In this document: piece by piece, positions 18,865 to 28,022 of the stretch
How positions within the stretch are numbered: position 1 is the first letter of the stretch
Layout of the letters: the number at the start of each line of letters is the position of its first letter
Origin: a virus
Length of the DNA stretch: 64,000 nt
Strand: one strand, 5' to 3'
IMG/VR virus record: IMGVR_UViG_3300045988_167063
The notes under the pieces: generated by a model
Database searches by the model: none
The model's input: the letters and a program-made list of their open reading frames with translations, nothing else
What the model was told of the DNA's origin: nothing
Position numbers and translations under genes: made by a program

Positions 18865-19788
18865 GTGATATTTATTGAATTAGAATTTGATAAAAAATAT
18901 AAATATCAACAACTATGTAGTATCTTTCAGCTTGAAGTTAAAAGAGGTTCGGCACAAAGAACTCAAATAAGTAAACTTAAAGAAAAGTATGATATTGAAA
19001 AAGATAATGGCTTTTATATTATTCATAGAGAATATTCACAAGAAGAACAATTAGATAATATAAAATATCATAAATATAAAAAACTTATTGAGCCTATGTT
19101 ATATACCATTTTGTCGCAGCCGAATAAAGATGTGATAAGAATGGATATGCACGAACTTATGGAGTTTTTAGGAATAGTCAATAAAGATTATCATTATGCT
19201 AAATATCATCCAAAAGAATGTATTGAGCAAATTGATAAAGGTACGGTCGCAGGACTTACTATATTTTCAAGAGAAAGTGAACCTTTATTAAAAAGAATTA
19301 TTGTAGATGTTCTTAAAGATATGCAAAGAAAATGTTTAATTAAAGTTAATATGATACCTATGTTTGCCAAAAAGTATATCAACAACGAGGATGGCAAATT
19401 ATATACAAAAGTATGGGAAGCAAATAAAATAACAGAAATTCCTAAATTACTTGAGGCTAAAAGGTTAGTCCTTAAAGAATTTAACATTGAATATTGGGAT
19501 GATTTACAATATAATCAATTTGGGAGAGCAAAAGATATTATTGCAGAACAATTAGGTATTGATTATTTTTATTATGAATATGAATTGATATTAAATAAGC
19601 AAGGACTTAATGAGTTAATTACTGAAAATTACACGGAATTAAAAAAAGCTCTTAATAAACACATTCAGTCAAAAACTAAAATGTCAAAACAAGGAAATTT
19701 AAAATTCCTTACAGACAATGAAAAAAGTGTTTACATTGAGCATTTTATCAATACTGAAAAAGATTATAGATTGAGGGATAAAAAATAA
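18865..19788 (+). CDS. hypothetical protein (first early gene)
   Basis: 307 aa with a GTG start close behind AAGAGG. No motif was recognised. Confidence 0.5.
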   Translation: MIFIELEFDKKYKYQQLCSIFQLEVKRGSAQRTQISKLKEKYDIEKDNGFYIIHREYSQEEQLDNIKYHKYKKLIEPMLYTILSQPNKDVIRMDMHELMEFLGIVNKDYHYAKYHPKECIEQIDKGTVAGLTIFSRESEPLLKRIIVDVLKDMQRKCLIKVNMIPMFAKKYINNEDGKLYTKVWEANKITEIPKLLEAKRLVLKEFNIEYWDDLQYNQFGRAKDIIAEQLGIDYFYYEYELILNKQGLNELITENYTELKKALNKHIQSKTKMSKQGNLKFLTDNEKSVYIEHFINTEKDYRLRDKK

Positions 19789-19891
19789 AAAATGAATATA
19801 GATTTTAAATATTTATACGAAAAGAAAAGATTAAGACTTAGTTCAAAGAAAGGTCACATTGATGAAAAATTATTAACGAAAGGTAAAAAAT

Positions 19892-20029
19892 ATGACAATA
19901 AAAGAATTGATGAATAAATTAAACCAAATTGAAAATAAAGACTTACCAATTAAATATTTTAGTTACAATGGCTATACTAAGACCATTGAAAATATTGAAA
20001 TAAAAGATAATTATTTGGAGGTAAAATAA
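19892..20029 (+). CDS. hypothetical small protein (45 aa)
   Basis: Hand-found ORF MTIKELMNKLNQIENKDLPIKYFSYNGYTKTIENIEIKDNYLEVK. TAATG overlap with the next gene. Confidence 0.35.
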   Translation: MTIKELMNKLNQIENKDLPIKYFSYNGYTKTIENIEIKDNYLEVK

Positions 20030-20403
20030 TGACTTGTAAAGAAAATATTAAATGGCTTGAAAGCCTTAAAAAAGAGTTAGAACAAAGCCAATATCAATGT
20101 TTATGGCATTATGAGCAAGCATTAGCAGAAACTATTGAACTATTGCAAAGCGACAGGCTTGTTGAACTGCCTTGTAGAATTGACGATAAAGTCTATTATA
20201 TAATAATAAAAAGATATGTTCCTTTAACATACAAGATAGTAGAAGCCAAAGTACTTGATTATAACATTAATAGATACGGAATTTGTGGTGTGAAAATAAG
20301 ACCGTTAAATTCAGAGTATACATTCGAAACAAATATTGATAAGATATTTCTCACTAAAGAAGAAGCAGAAGCAAAGTTAAAGGAGTTGAACGGCAATGAT
20401 TGA
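20029..20403 (+). CDS. hypothetical protein, paralogue of 50921-51442
   Basis: Shares VELPCRIDDKVYYI and FLTKEEAEAKLKELN with the other copy (VELPCRVGEEIYVL and FRTKEEAEEKLKELN). GGAGG RBS. Confidence 0.6.
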   Translation: MTCKENIKWLESLKKELEQSQYQCLWHYEQALAETIELLQSDRLVELPCRIDDKVYYIIIKRYVPLTYKIVEAKVLDYNINRYGICGVKIRPLNSEYTFETNIDKIFLTKEEAEAKLKELNGND

Positions 20404-20542
20404 TGAAACTTTAGAACTTACACTTGACGAAGTGGAATATATAATTGCGTTCATTCGCAGTCACGAATGGAATGACATACCTGAAACATTAAAAAGTAAA
20501 ATTTTACCGAAGTTAGAAAATTTCTGTGATGAATGTTATTAA
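20396..20542 (+). CDS. hypothetical small protein (48 aa)
   Basis: Hand-found ORF MIDETLELTLDEVEYIIAFIRSHEWNDIPETLKSKILPKLENFCDECY. Its start overlaps the upstream stop. Confidence 0.35.
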   Translation: MIDETLELTLDEVEYIIAFIRSHEWNDIPETLKSKILPKLENFCDECY

Positions 20543-20562
20543 TCAAAGGAGTTGAATGAAAA

Positions 20563-20877
20563 ATGAAAGAAAATTTAATGTTGTTTTTTACTTTCTTTGG
20601 AATAATATCTTCAGTTATAGTATTAGTAACTATCATAATGTTTATTATAATGGCGGCATATTATTTTATCACAGAAAAAATTGAAGAATTGAAATATGAT
20701 TATAAAGCCAAGCATCGTTTCGATAAACCACCATTAGCTAATTGTTATTGCATAGATTGCAAGTCTTACAATCGTGAAAATGAGAGATGTTATAGGCTTA
20801 ACCGAAGCACAGCAGATAATTGGTTTTGTAGTTGGGCAGAAAGGAAACGAGTAGAAAATGAGCAAGAAAAAGCGTAA
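20563..20877 (+). CDS. hypothetical membrane-anchored Cys-rich protein
   Basis: 104 aa with an N-terminal hydrophobic helix, then CYCIDCKSYNRENERCY. AAAGGAG lies 10 nt upstream. Confidence 0.55.
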   Translation: MKENLMLFFTFFGIISSVIVLVTIIMFIIMAAYYFITEKIEELKYDYKAKHRFDKPPLANCYCIDCKSYNRENERCYRLNRSTADNWFCSWAERKRVENEQEKA

Positions 20878-21076
20878 GTTTAGGGTTATGACTCTTGATG
20901 AATATTGTACTTATAGAAAAACGGGGTGTAATGGCTGTGAGTATCGCCAAAGTTTAACTTATTATGATTATTACTGTGATTATTCAAACTTTAATAAAGT
21001 AAATCGAGAGCGTGACAAAAGTAAGCCTTACAAAACAAAAGACGGCAAATACATATTGATTGAGGTAAAAGAATAA
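20858..21076 (+). CDS. hypothetical Cys-rich protein
   Basis: 72 aa, co-oriented and overlapping its neighbours. Confidence 0.5.
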   Translation: MSKKKRKFRVMTLDEYCTYRKTGCNGCEYRQSLTYYDYYCDYSNFNKVNRERDKSKPYKTKDGKYILIEVKE

Positions 21077-21342
21077 TGACAGAAAGTAATGTATTTTTAA
21101 AATTTGGTGCATTGAGTAACGATTTTAATACTCAATTCAAACAGCAAGGTTATGAATTGAAAAACAAAAAAATACCTATCCAATTCACCAATATGGTTAC
21201 AGTTGTCCGTTGTAAAAATTGTAAACATTATATCACAAACACAGAATTATTAGGCAATGTATGCAATCGCTTGTTTACAGTATTTCCAATGAAACCCAAC
21301 GATTTTTGCAGTTATGGAGAACGGAAAGGAGAGCAAAAATGA
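21076..21342 (+). CDS. hypothetical Cys-rich protein
   Basis: 88 aa with CKNCKHY...CNRL. GAGG RBS. Confidence 0.5.
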   Translation: MTESNVFLKFGALSNDFNTQFKQQGYELKNKKIPIQFTNMVTVVRCKNCKHYITNTELLGNVCNRLFTVFPMKPNDFCSYGERKGEQK

Positions 21343-21827
21343 GAGAGATTTTATTTAGAGCAACGGATTTGTCAGGTGTTAACAATCGCTCTTGGGTTTT
21401 TGGCAGTTTAGATACAACTGAAAATGAATATACAATAATGATTTACCCCGACAGATTTGGTAACAAGTGTAGAATTTTTGTTGACCCTAAAACAGTAGGG
21501 CAATACACAGGACTGATTGATAAAAACGGCAAAAAGATATTTGAGGGTGATATTGTTCAGTATTTAACTTATGATGAATTTGATTGTCAATCTGTCGTTA
21601 AATTTGGCAAATACAAACAAGACGGTAGTGAAGGTGAATATAAAGCGAGTGACTGTTTAGGATTTTATGTTGAAGTAGATAATTTTACTTGCCCCGATTG
21701 GTGTGATAACGAACCTGAAAAATTTCACGATTACTTGGAACAGCAAAGTTTAGCAGAGATAGCGAGTCGATGCGAAGTTATTGGCAATATACACGATAAC
21801 CCCGAATTGTTGGAGGTAAAAGAATGA
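21339..21827 (+). CDS. yopX: YopX-family protein
   Basis: MREILFRA...TVGQYTGLIDKNGKKIFEGDIV...IGNIHDNPELLE is the characteristic YopX pattern. I prefer the ATG at 21339 (GGAAAGGAGAG RBS, ATGA overlap) to the track start at 21261. Confidence 0.75.
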   Translation: MREILFRATDLSGVNNRSWVFGSLDTTENEYTIMIYPDRFGNKCRIFVDPKTVGQYTGLIDKNGKKIFEGDIVQYLTYDEFDCQSVVKFGKYKQDGSEGEYKASDCLGFYVEVDNFTCPDWCDNEPEKFHDYLEQQSLAEIASRCEVIGNIHDNPELLEVKE

Positions 21828-22027
21828 ATAATTTTGAAGATATTAAAAATAAAAACATTCAAGAAATGGCTGAATGGATAGAGGAAATATTTTCAAGTAA
21901 CCCCTGTTATTGTTGTGTAAAAAAAGATATTGATAAATGTCATTATTATGAAAAAAATTATTATGATAGAATAGAACTTTGTGTCGAAAATAGAAAATTG
22001 TGGCTTGAAAGTGAGGTAGAGGAATAA
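21824..22027 (+). CDS. hypothetical protein, paralogue of 50745-50924
   Basis: 67 aa. MNNFEDIKNKNIQEMAEWI...LWLESEVEE compares with MTNFERIKNMSVEEMASEI...KWFESEVEE. Confidence 0.55.
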   Translation: MNNFEDIKNKNIQEMAEWIEEIFSSNPCYCCVKKDIDKCHYYEKNYYDRIELCVENRKLWLESEVEE

Positions 22028-22290
22028 TGGCAGGAATTATAGCAAAGCAACCTAATGGCTTATATTGTAGAATTTCAACCATAATTGACGCACCTACACA
22101 TTCCAATATGACAAAACAAGATTATATTGATATGTGTGTTGAAAAAGCAAAAGAAGAAGCTGAAAGTGTACTTGAAAATTATTGTTATGATTTTGATAGA
22201 GCATTAACATATATCAATTATGGGGATAATACAAATATGACAAATGAAGAATATGAACAATTTATTAAATATTGTAATACAAAACCTTAA
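22027..22290 (+). CDS. hypothetical protein
   Basis: 87 aa with TAATG coupling. Confidence 0.5.
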   Translation: MAGIIAKQPNGLYCRISTIIDAPTHSNMTKQDYIDMCVEKAKEEAESVLENYCYDFDRALTYINYGDNTNMTNEEYEQFIKYCNTKP

Positions 22291-22304
22291 GGGAGTGATT
22301 AAAT

Positions 22305-22643
22305 TTGGATAGAAGAATTATCGCCGTTGATTTTGACGGCACATTATGTGAAAGCAATTATCCTTATTGTGGCAAACCTATTATGCCTGTTATCAGAGCT
22401 ATTACCGAAGAAAAGAAAAAAGGGTCAATTATTATTCTTTACACTATGAGAGAAGGCAAGGAACTTGATTTGGCTTTAAAATGGTGTAAATGTTATGGCA
22501 TTGAATTTGATGCCGTAAATGAAAATTGTCAATGGGCAAAAGAATACTTCAATAACCCACGAAAAATATTTTATACTGAATTATGGGATGATAGGGCATT
22601 TAATGTTGACGATATTATTAGACTATATAATCAATTTTGTTAA
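22305..22643 (+). CDS. HAD-like small phosphatase/nucleotidase-like protein (putative)
   Basis: 112 aa. IIAVDFDGTLCE matches HAD motif I (DxDGT). TTG start after GGGAG. Confidence 0.4.
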   Translation: MDRRIIAVDFDGTLCESNYPYCGKPIMPVIRAITEEKKKGSIIILYTMREGKELDLALKWCKCYGIEFDAVNENCQWAKEYFNNPRKIFYTELWDDRAFNVDDIIRLYNQFC

Positions 22644-22798
22644 TGAATATGAATTATGAATATAGAATTTATGAAGTTAGTTCACAATACAGGCAAGGAA
22701 AAGTATTAAAAGATTATAAAAATTACAATAATGCTATTGCTCATATGAAAAAATCAATTTTTAAATTTATAAAAGAAATAAAAATAATAAAGGAATAA
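22643..22798 (+). CDS. hypothetical small protein (51 aa)
   Basis: Hand-found ORF with TAATG coupling to the upstream gene. Confidence 0.3.
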   Translation: MNMNYEYRIYEVSSQYRQGKVLKDYKNYNNAIAHMKKSIFKFIKEIKIIKE

Positions 22799-22803
22799 AA
22801 TAA

Positions 22804-22968
22804 ATGTTATTTAAAATAATAATTTCAGTTATGATTTGGTGTTTTGTGTTGAATTTGCCTCTTATATATGAACCAGCAGATATAACACCTAAACAATTTC
22901 GTATTTTTTGTTGGTATGAATTTATTGTTTTAATTGTTGGAACAATTATTATATTTAATTTAAAATAA
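22804..22968 (+). CDS. hypothetical small membrane protein (54 aa)
   Basis: Hand-found ORF MLFKIIISVMIWCFVLNLPLIYEPADITPKQFRIFCWYEFIVLIVGTIIIFNLK, with two hydrophobic segments. Confidence 0.35.
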   Translation: MLFKIIISVMIWCFVLNLPLIYEPADITPKQFRIFCWYEFIVLIVGTIIIFNLK

Positions 22969-22971
22969 CTC

Positions 22972-23000
22972 TTGACAAATTGATATTTTTATGGTATAAT
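22972..23000 (+). promoter_or_regulatory. sigma-A-type promoter
   Basis: TTGACA (22972-77), 17-nt spacer, TGgTATAAT (-10 at 22995-23000). Confidence 0.65.
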
Positions 23001-23337
23001 AAGGGAGAAATCTCGAAAAGGTGTATTATTAAGCAAATAAAAATCTCGATTTGGTGATAATACGCATAATTAGATTTACTAAAATAACCAATAAAACGCA
23101 AAATAATGTTTAAAAATATGAACGGAATTAAGAATTATGTTTGTATTTTTAAACATAAAAAGATTGGACTAAAGATGATTGGGATAGAGAAGTAGCAAAA
23201 TTTAAGGCACAAGGATGTGAATTATTTTGATTGTAGAAAAGCAAATATTATTTAAAAATGGAAACAAAATCAATTTAATTGAACCTAAAGAAAGTTATCG
23301 TGGAAAAAATCATTTTAAAACAAGAAAGGAAAAATCA

Positions 23338-24363
23338 ATGATATATTTTGACAACGCAGCGACAACACCACTTTCGGAAAATGTCAAAAATGATATAAAA
23401 AATAACCTTGATAATTTTGGCAATCCGAGTTCTATATACTCAATCGGTTTTAAATCAAAAGAAATTATTGAAAATGCAAGAAAAAAAGTTGCCGAATGTA
23501 TAAATTGCAAGCCGACAGAAGTTTTTTTTACAAGTGGTGCTTCTGAAAGTAATACTTGGGCATTGCAAGACTTATTTTGGTGTAACCCATTTGAACACCA
23601 TAGTATTTTAAATAACCCAAACAAAGTTTATAAAACAAGAGATGCTTATATTATTACTTGTATGCTTGTAAACAATGAATTAGGAATTGATTTTACTGAT
23701 TATCTTGCAGAATTAAGACAAAATTCCTCAAAACAAATTCATTGTGATGCTACTCAAGCAATCGGCACACTTGATGTTGATGTTCAAAAATTAGGTGTTG
23801 ATACAATGTCATTTAGTGGGCATAAATTTCACGCTCCTAAAGGAACAGGAGTATTATATATAAAAGAGGGAATTGAATTGCCTCGAACAATTTATGGTGG
23901 AAAGCAAGAAAGTGGCTTGAGAGGTGGCACAGAGAATATTTTAGGCATTTCTGCTCTTGGTGTTGCTATTCAAGACGCTTATAATAACCTTGAAAAGAAA
24001 AATCAACATTGTGAACATCTTAAAAATGTTTTTCTTAATAAATTAAAGCATTATTGGAGTTTAGATTATGAAATAAATGCTACTAAATATGATACTGTGC
24101 CAAATATTATAAGTTTTTCGCTAAAAGATATTGAAAGTGAGCCTATTTTGACTCAACTTGACCTTGAAAATATTTATGTTTCAAGTGGTTCAGCTTGTAA
24201 TACAGGCACTCTTGAACCGAGCGAAACGCTAAAATGGTATGGTATTCCTGAAGATTACATAAATGGAACAATTAGGGTTTCATTCGATTTAGAAAATACT
24301 GAAGAAGAAATTGATATTTTCTTACATAAATTAGCAGAAATTGTAAAGAGGGTAAAAAATTGA
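23338..24363 (+). CDS. NifS/IscS-type cysteine desulfurase (class V aminotransferase)
   Basis: MIYFDNAATTP at the N-terminus, the PLP-lysine motif SFSGHKFHAPKG and the catalytic-Cys loop SSGSACNTG. The track ORF starts at a TTG at 23227, but the family normally starts at the IYxDNAATT block. Confidence 0.8.
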   Translation: MIYFDNAATTPLSENVKNDIKNNLDNFGNPSSIYSIGFKSKEIIENARKKVAECINCKPTEVFFTSGASESNTWALQDLFWCNPFEHHSILNNPNKVYKTRDAYIITCMLVNNELGIDFTDYLAELRQNSSKQIHCDATQAIGTLDVDVQKLGVDTMSFSGHKFHAPKGTGVLYIKEGIELPRTIYGGKQESGLRGGTENILGISALGVAIQDAYNNLEKKNQHCEHLKNVFLNKLKHYWSLDYEINATKYDTVPNIISFSLKDIESEPILTQLDLENIYVSSGSACNTGTLEPSETLKWYGIPEDYINGTIRVSFDLENTEEEIDIFLHKLAEIVKRVKN

Positions 24364-24638
24364 AGTTTGTAAGACCGAGTTTATTAAAATTTGAATTTAC
24401 ATACAAAGATATATATGATGAACTACATAAAAGAGTTTTTGAGTCAAAAGATTATGAAAATTCGACAAATAGTTTGCTAAATATTCATAAAGACATTGAT
24501 GACTTTATTGATACATTAAAAAGTTATAGTCCTAAAGATGTAATTATGAATTTTAATGGTGAATATACTGTGGGGTTAGAGGATATTGAAATTGATTTAG
24601 GAATTATTTTTAATGCTATTTCGCCAAAAAATTCATAA
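24360..24638 (+). CDS. hypothetical protein
   Basis: 92 aa with a TTG start overlapping the desulfurase stop. Confidence 0.45.
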   Translation: MKFVRPSLLKFEFTYKDIYDELHKRVFESKDYENSTNSLLNIHKDIDDFIDTLKSYSPKDVIMNFNGEYTVGLEDIEIDLGIIFNAISPKNS

Positions 24639-24744
24639 AAGGAGTCAAGATAATGCTTTATTTTATGGTACTAATTACAATAGTCATAATATTTATTATT
24701 TCTGCTTATTCTAACCCACGAATAAACCATTAAAGGAGTTAAAT

Positions 24745-25008
24745 ATGATTAAATATGATAATATTGAATATTTTGATGAGCCGATATATAAAAATTTGAC
24801 CGAAATTCAACAAGGTGATGTAATTTATACTGAATTTGGTGATTATGGCAATTATATTCAAGCAATTTTTGATGATTTTGAAAAGACAAAACCTAATATA
24901 TCAAAGATTTCTTTTCATTATCCAGACGGAAGATTTGATGAAATGTATGGATTTTTAAATATCGACACGACAGAATATAAAATTATAGGAAAGGAAATAC
25001 AAAAATGA
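24745..25008 (+). CDS. hypothetical protein
   Basis: 87 aa with an AAAGGAG RBS. Confidence 0.55.
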   Translation: MIKYDNIEYFDEPIYKNLTEIQQGDVIYTEFGDYGNYIQAIFDDFEKTKPNISKISFHYPDGRFDEMYGFLNIDTTEYKIIGKEIQK

Positions 25009-25211
25009 CAGAAAAAGTCTATGAAAATACTGATTATACAACAATAAATCAATATCTTGAAGTAACAATTGGTACAATTTGTGATAAAATTGAGGACACT
25101 ATTATTCAAATGACCTGCACCGACCATAAGAGGCAACGAGAAAAATTAAAGGATATTTGCCAATGCTATATTGATGACATTTATACAATTATAGGAATGA
25201 AAGAACAATAA
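25005..25211 (+). CDS. hypothetical protein
   Basis: 68 aa with ATGA coupling. Confidence 0.5.
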   Translation: MTEKVYENTDYTTINQYLEVTIGTICDKIEDTIIQMTCTDHKRQREKLKDICQCYIDDIYTIIGMKEQ

Positions 25212-25414
25212 TGAAATTATATTTTAGAGACTCAAACAGTAAAGAACTTAAATTTGTAAGAGAGGTAGACTCTCAACAAGAAGTTTTTTACGAAATTAGA
25301 AAATATGCCAAAGAAAATAACATTGATGTCTACTACATAAGAACTTTTGGCACTGATAAAGTGACAACTTATGATTTTGGTAGTCATTTAGACTTTTTTG
25401 AGTTACATAAATGA
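25211..25414 (+). CDS. hypothetical protein
   Basis: 67 aa with TAATG coupling. Confidence 0.5.
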   Translation: MKLYFRDSNSKELKFVREVDSQQEVFYEIRKYAKENNIDVYYIRTFGTDKVTTYDFGSHLDFFELHK

Positions 25415-25493
25415 AAATGATAAATTTTATAAAATCAATAATTAAATTCATAAAAGACCCTATGTGGTTATTTTAAAACAAAGAGGTGATTAA

Positions 25494-26015
25494 ATGGAAA
25501 CAGTTAAATTTGCAAAAGTTAAAGAAAACGCAATTATTCCTACAAAAACCAATGAAAATATGGGATATGATATTTATGCTTGTTTTGACGAGGACTATAT
25601 TGAAATTCGCCCACACGAAACAAAGCTAATTCCGACAGGTATTGCAAGTTGTTGTAGTGATGAATATGGATTTATTATTAAAGAGCGTGGTTCAACAGGT
25701 TCTCAAGGCATTGCTGTTCGCTGTGGTGTCATTGATAGCGGTTTTAGAGGGGAATGGTTTATTGCTCTTACAAATACTACAGCAGAAACAATGAGAATTA
25801 CTAAAAAGGTCAATAAAGTGCAACAAGGTGTTGCATATAGTGGTAAAGAGGAAAAATATTATCTTGGAACTAATAAAAATGTAGACTTCGTTCAAAATGA
25901 CCCATTTGTTTATGGTGAAACTTTAAAACTTTATCCATATAATAAAGCTATCGCCCAAGCTATTCTTGTGCCTGTGCCAAAGGTTAAGGTTGAAGAAGTC
26001 ACCTATATGAATTAA
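25494..26015 (+). CDS. dut: dUTP diphosphatase (trimeric dUTPase family)
   Basis: Contains NMGYDIYA, IKERGSTG and GVIDSGFRGEW, which correspond to dUTPase motifs 1-3. AGAGGTG RBS. Confidence 0.8.
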   Translation: METVKFAKVKENAIIPTKTNENMGYDIYACFDEDYIEIRPHETKLIPTGIASCCSDEYGFIIKERGSTGSQGIAVRCGVIDSGFRGEWFIALTNTTAETMRITKKVNKVQQGVAYSGKEEKYYLGTNKNVDFVQNDPFVYGETLKLYPYNKAIAQAILVPVPKVKVEEVTYMN

Positions 26016-26067
26016 AATCAATTAAATCAGACAGAATGAACGGTCAATTAGGGAGTAGTGGAAAATA

Positions 26068-26256
26068 ATGAAAATTTCAACTAAAATGTTAATTGCTACA
26101 ATCATATCGGCAATATTATCTATTACTTTTTGTACAATTAGAGCATTAGTACCTGTTCTCGAAAATGGTTTTGTGCCATTAGCGATAATGAGTTTAGCAG
26201 TCTTTTTTGTATCTTTTTTTGCTTGGATATTTGAAACTTGTTATCCTCTTAATTAA
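26068..26256 (+). CDS. hypothetical small membrane protein
   Basis: 62 aa with two hydrophobic helices. GGGAG RBS. Confidence 0.55.
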   Translation: MKISTKMLIATIISAILSITFCTIRALVPVLENGFVPLAIMSLAVFFVSFFAWIFETCYPLN

Positions 26257-26261
26257 AATAG

Positions 26262-26741
26262 ATGGCAACAATGAAAAATAAATATAAAATAAATAAACTC
26301 AAAAGAGATTTATCCTATTGCAAACACGGAAGTTTAAAATATAGGCTTAAATATTTCTTTAAAGCCTTTAAAAATGCCTTTCATCGCTTTATTTACGGCT
26401 ATGATGACCGAGATTGGTATGATTACTATTATAGCTTTATAGAACGCAATATGGCTTTATTTCAAGAACTTGTTAATAATGTTGAGTTGACAAAAACAAA
26501 CGAAAAATATTGTTGTGGTTGTTTGCCCATAATTATTAACGGTAAAAGAATAGGTGATATGACTGTCGAGCAAACACAGGAATTTTATACCGAACTTATC
26601 AAACTATTAAAAGACATTGATAAATTTGAAAATTCAGACTTTGGTGATAAAAATTATATTGAAAAATATAAAAAAGCAAAAGAAAGCCTTAACGCTTATT
26701 TTGACATTATGAAAGAATATTTTTGGGAGTTATGGGATTGA
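26262..26741 (+). CDS. hypothetical protein
   Basis: 159 aa. No motif was recognised. Confidence 0.5.
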   Translation: MATMKNKYKINKLKRDLSYCKHGSLKYRLKYFFKAFKNAFHRFIYGYDDRDWYDYYYSFIERNMALFQELVNNVELTKTNEKYCCGCLPIIINGKRIGDMTVEQTQEFYTELIKLLKDIDKFENSDFGDKNYIEKYKKAKESLNAYFDIMKEYFWELWD

Positions 26742-26959
26742 TGATAGATGATGAAACGCTATTAAATATAGCAATTACTGAAACTTATAAAAGATTTGCT
26801 ATGCGAGGAAGTTCTAAAAGTCTTGTAACTCCAACATTATATGCATTAAAATTATATAGTTGGTTAAAGACGGAAAATCAACTAAACAAATATAATTTTA
26901 ATTTACCCAAAGAACGAATAGCAATGAATTTAAGGAGGAATAGTTTTGATAGATTATAA
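26723..26959 (+). CDS. hypothetical protein
   Basis: 78 aa. The start is uncertain because several in-frame ATGs lie at 26723-26744. Confidence 0.45.
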   Translation: MGVMGLMIDDETLLNIAITETYKRFAMRGSSKSLVTPTLYALKLYSWLKTENQLNKYNFNLPKERIAMNLRRNSFDRL

Positions 26960-27347
26960 AAGATATGTTATTTTATTAGGCTTTGACAATACAATAAAAA
27001 GTTCTAAGGAGGTCTTTCCTTTTCTTATGAGTGGCACTGACCTTAATAATGCCCTTCGTCACTTTTTAGACCTTGAATGTGGTATTCCTTTCCACAAAAC
27101 AGATAATCTTACCACATATGAACTTATTTCTAAAATTCCACAAATGGTATTGAGTATTTATGAATTAAAACTCGACAATATGATTTATTTTGGAGATAAT
27201 AAAGAAGAGCTTACAAATAAAGATGAGACTAAATCTATAAAAGATGTTAAACCCACACCTGTTTTAAAACAATATAAACACGGGAAGATTGTGGTTTCAT
27301 CATTAGAATTAAAAGATGAGAACGGAAATACTATATTGAATTTATGA
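26946..27347 (+). CDS. hypothetical protein
   Basis: 133 aa with a TTG start after GGAGG. Confidence 0.5.
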   Translation: MIDYKRYVILLGFDNTIKSSKEVFPFLMSGTDLNNALRHFLDLECGIPFHKTDNLTTYELISKIPQMVLSIYELKLDNMIYFGDNKEELTNKDETKSIKDVKPTPVLKQYKHGKIVVSSLELKDENGNTILNL

Positions 27348-27528
27348 AAATAATAATCAAACCTAAAGCAAAGGTGAAAGACAAAAGACTTATTTGCCCC
27401 TTTTGTGGAGAAGATAAGCCTTTTATCCGCTACATAAAGAAAGGCATATTAAATCGTGTATAGGTTTTATTGACACAAATGAAAGTGTTTATAAGTGCAA
27501 TACCTGTGGAACACAATGGACTAATTAA
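27344..27528 (+). pseudogene. zinc-ribbon small protein split across two frames (frameshift or -1 recoding)
   Basis: Frame A reads MKIIIKPKAKVKDKRLICPFCGEDKPFIRYIKKGILNRV and stops at 27461. The -1 frame continues ...HIKSCIGFIDTNESVYKCNTCGTQWTN and stops at 27526-28. The CPFC and CNTC halves together make one zinc ribbon. Confidence 0.45.
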
Positions 27529-27540
27529 AAAGGTGAACTT

Positions 27541-27924
27541 ATGAAAATTTATTTAAGATATAAACTATTACTTATTAAAGAATGGTTTGAAAATACTATA
27601 AAGAAAAAATATCTTGATAGTAGAAAATATAAATTATTTAAAAAGAAATATAAAAATGAATTAAATGCTTTGAGTAAGAATGTACTATCAATAGCCTCAT
27701 CTTCTGACTCTAAACTCATTAAAATTCCTTGTTATACTTTTCTTAATAACTGCAATCTTATTACTCACTCTAATATTTGTGTTTCTGACCAAGACTTTCA
27801 AGACTTTATCGAAATGATTTTATCTAAACATTTTAAACATATATTATTATGTAAATGCTTTATTTGTCACGATGGAGATATTTATGATAACAAAAATTTA
27901 ACACTCGTAATGAGATTGAAATAA
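27541..27924 (+). CDS. hypothetical protein
   Basis: 127 aa. It is the last gene of the early plus-strand block and is followed by a terminator. Confidence 0.5.
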   Translation: MKIYLRYKLLLIKEWFENTIKKKYLDSRKYKLFKKKYKNELNALSKNVLSIASSSDSKLIKIPCYTFLNNCNLITHSNICVSDQDFQDFIEMILSKHFKHILLCKCFICHDGDIYDNKNLTLVMRLK

Positions 27925-27926
27925 TT

Positions 27927-27957
27927 ATAAGTGCCTTTGTTGGCACTTATTTTTTTA
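27927..27957 (+). terminator. rho-independent terminator
   Basis: ATAAGTGCC (27927-35) pairs with GGCACTTAT (27942-50), followed by T7. Confidence 0.8.
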
Positions 27958-28022
27958 TTTTATAGATAGTTCAACTTTGAACAGCACTCAATTACATATA
28001 ATTTCCACCTTTGACCTCCGTA

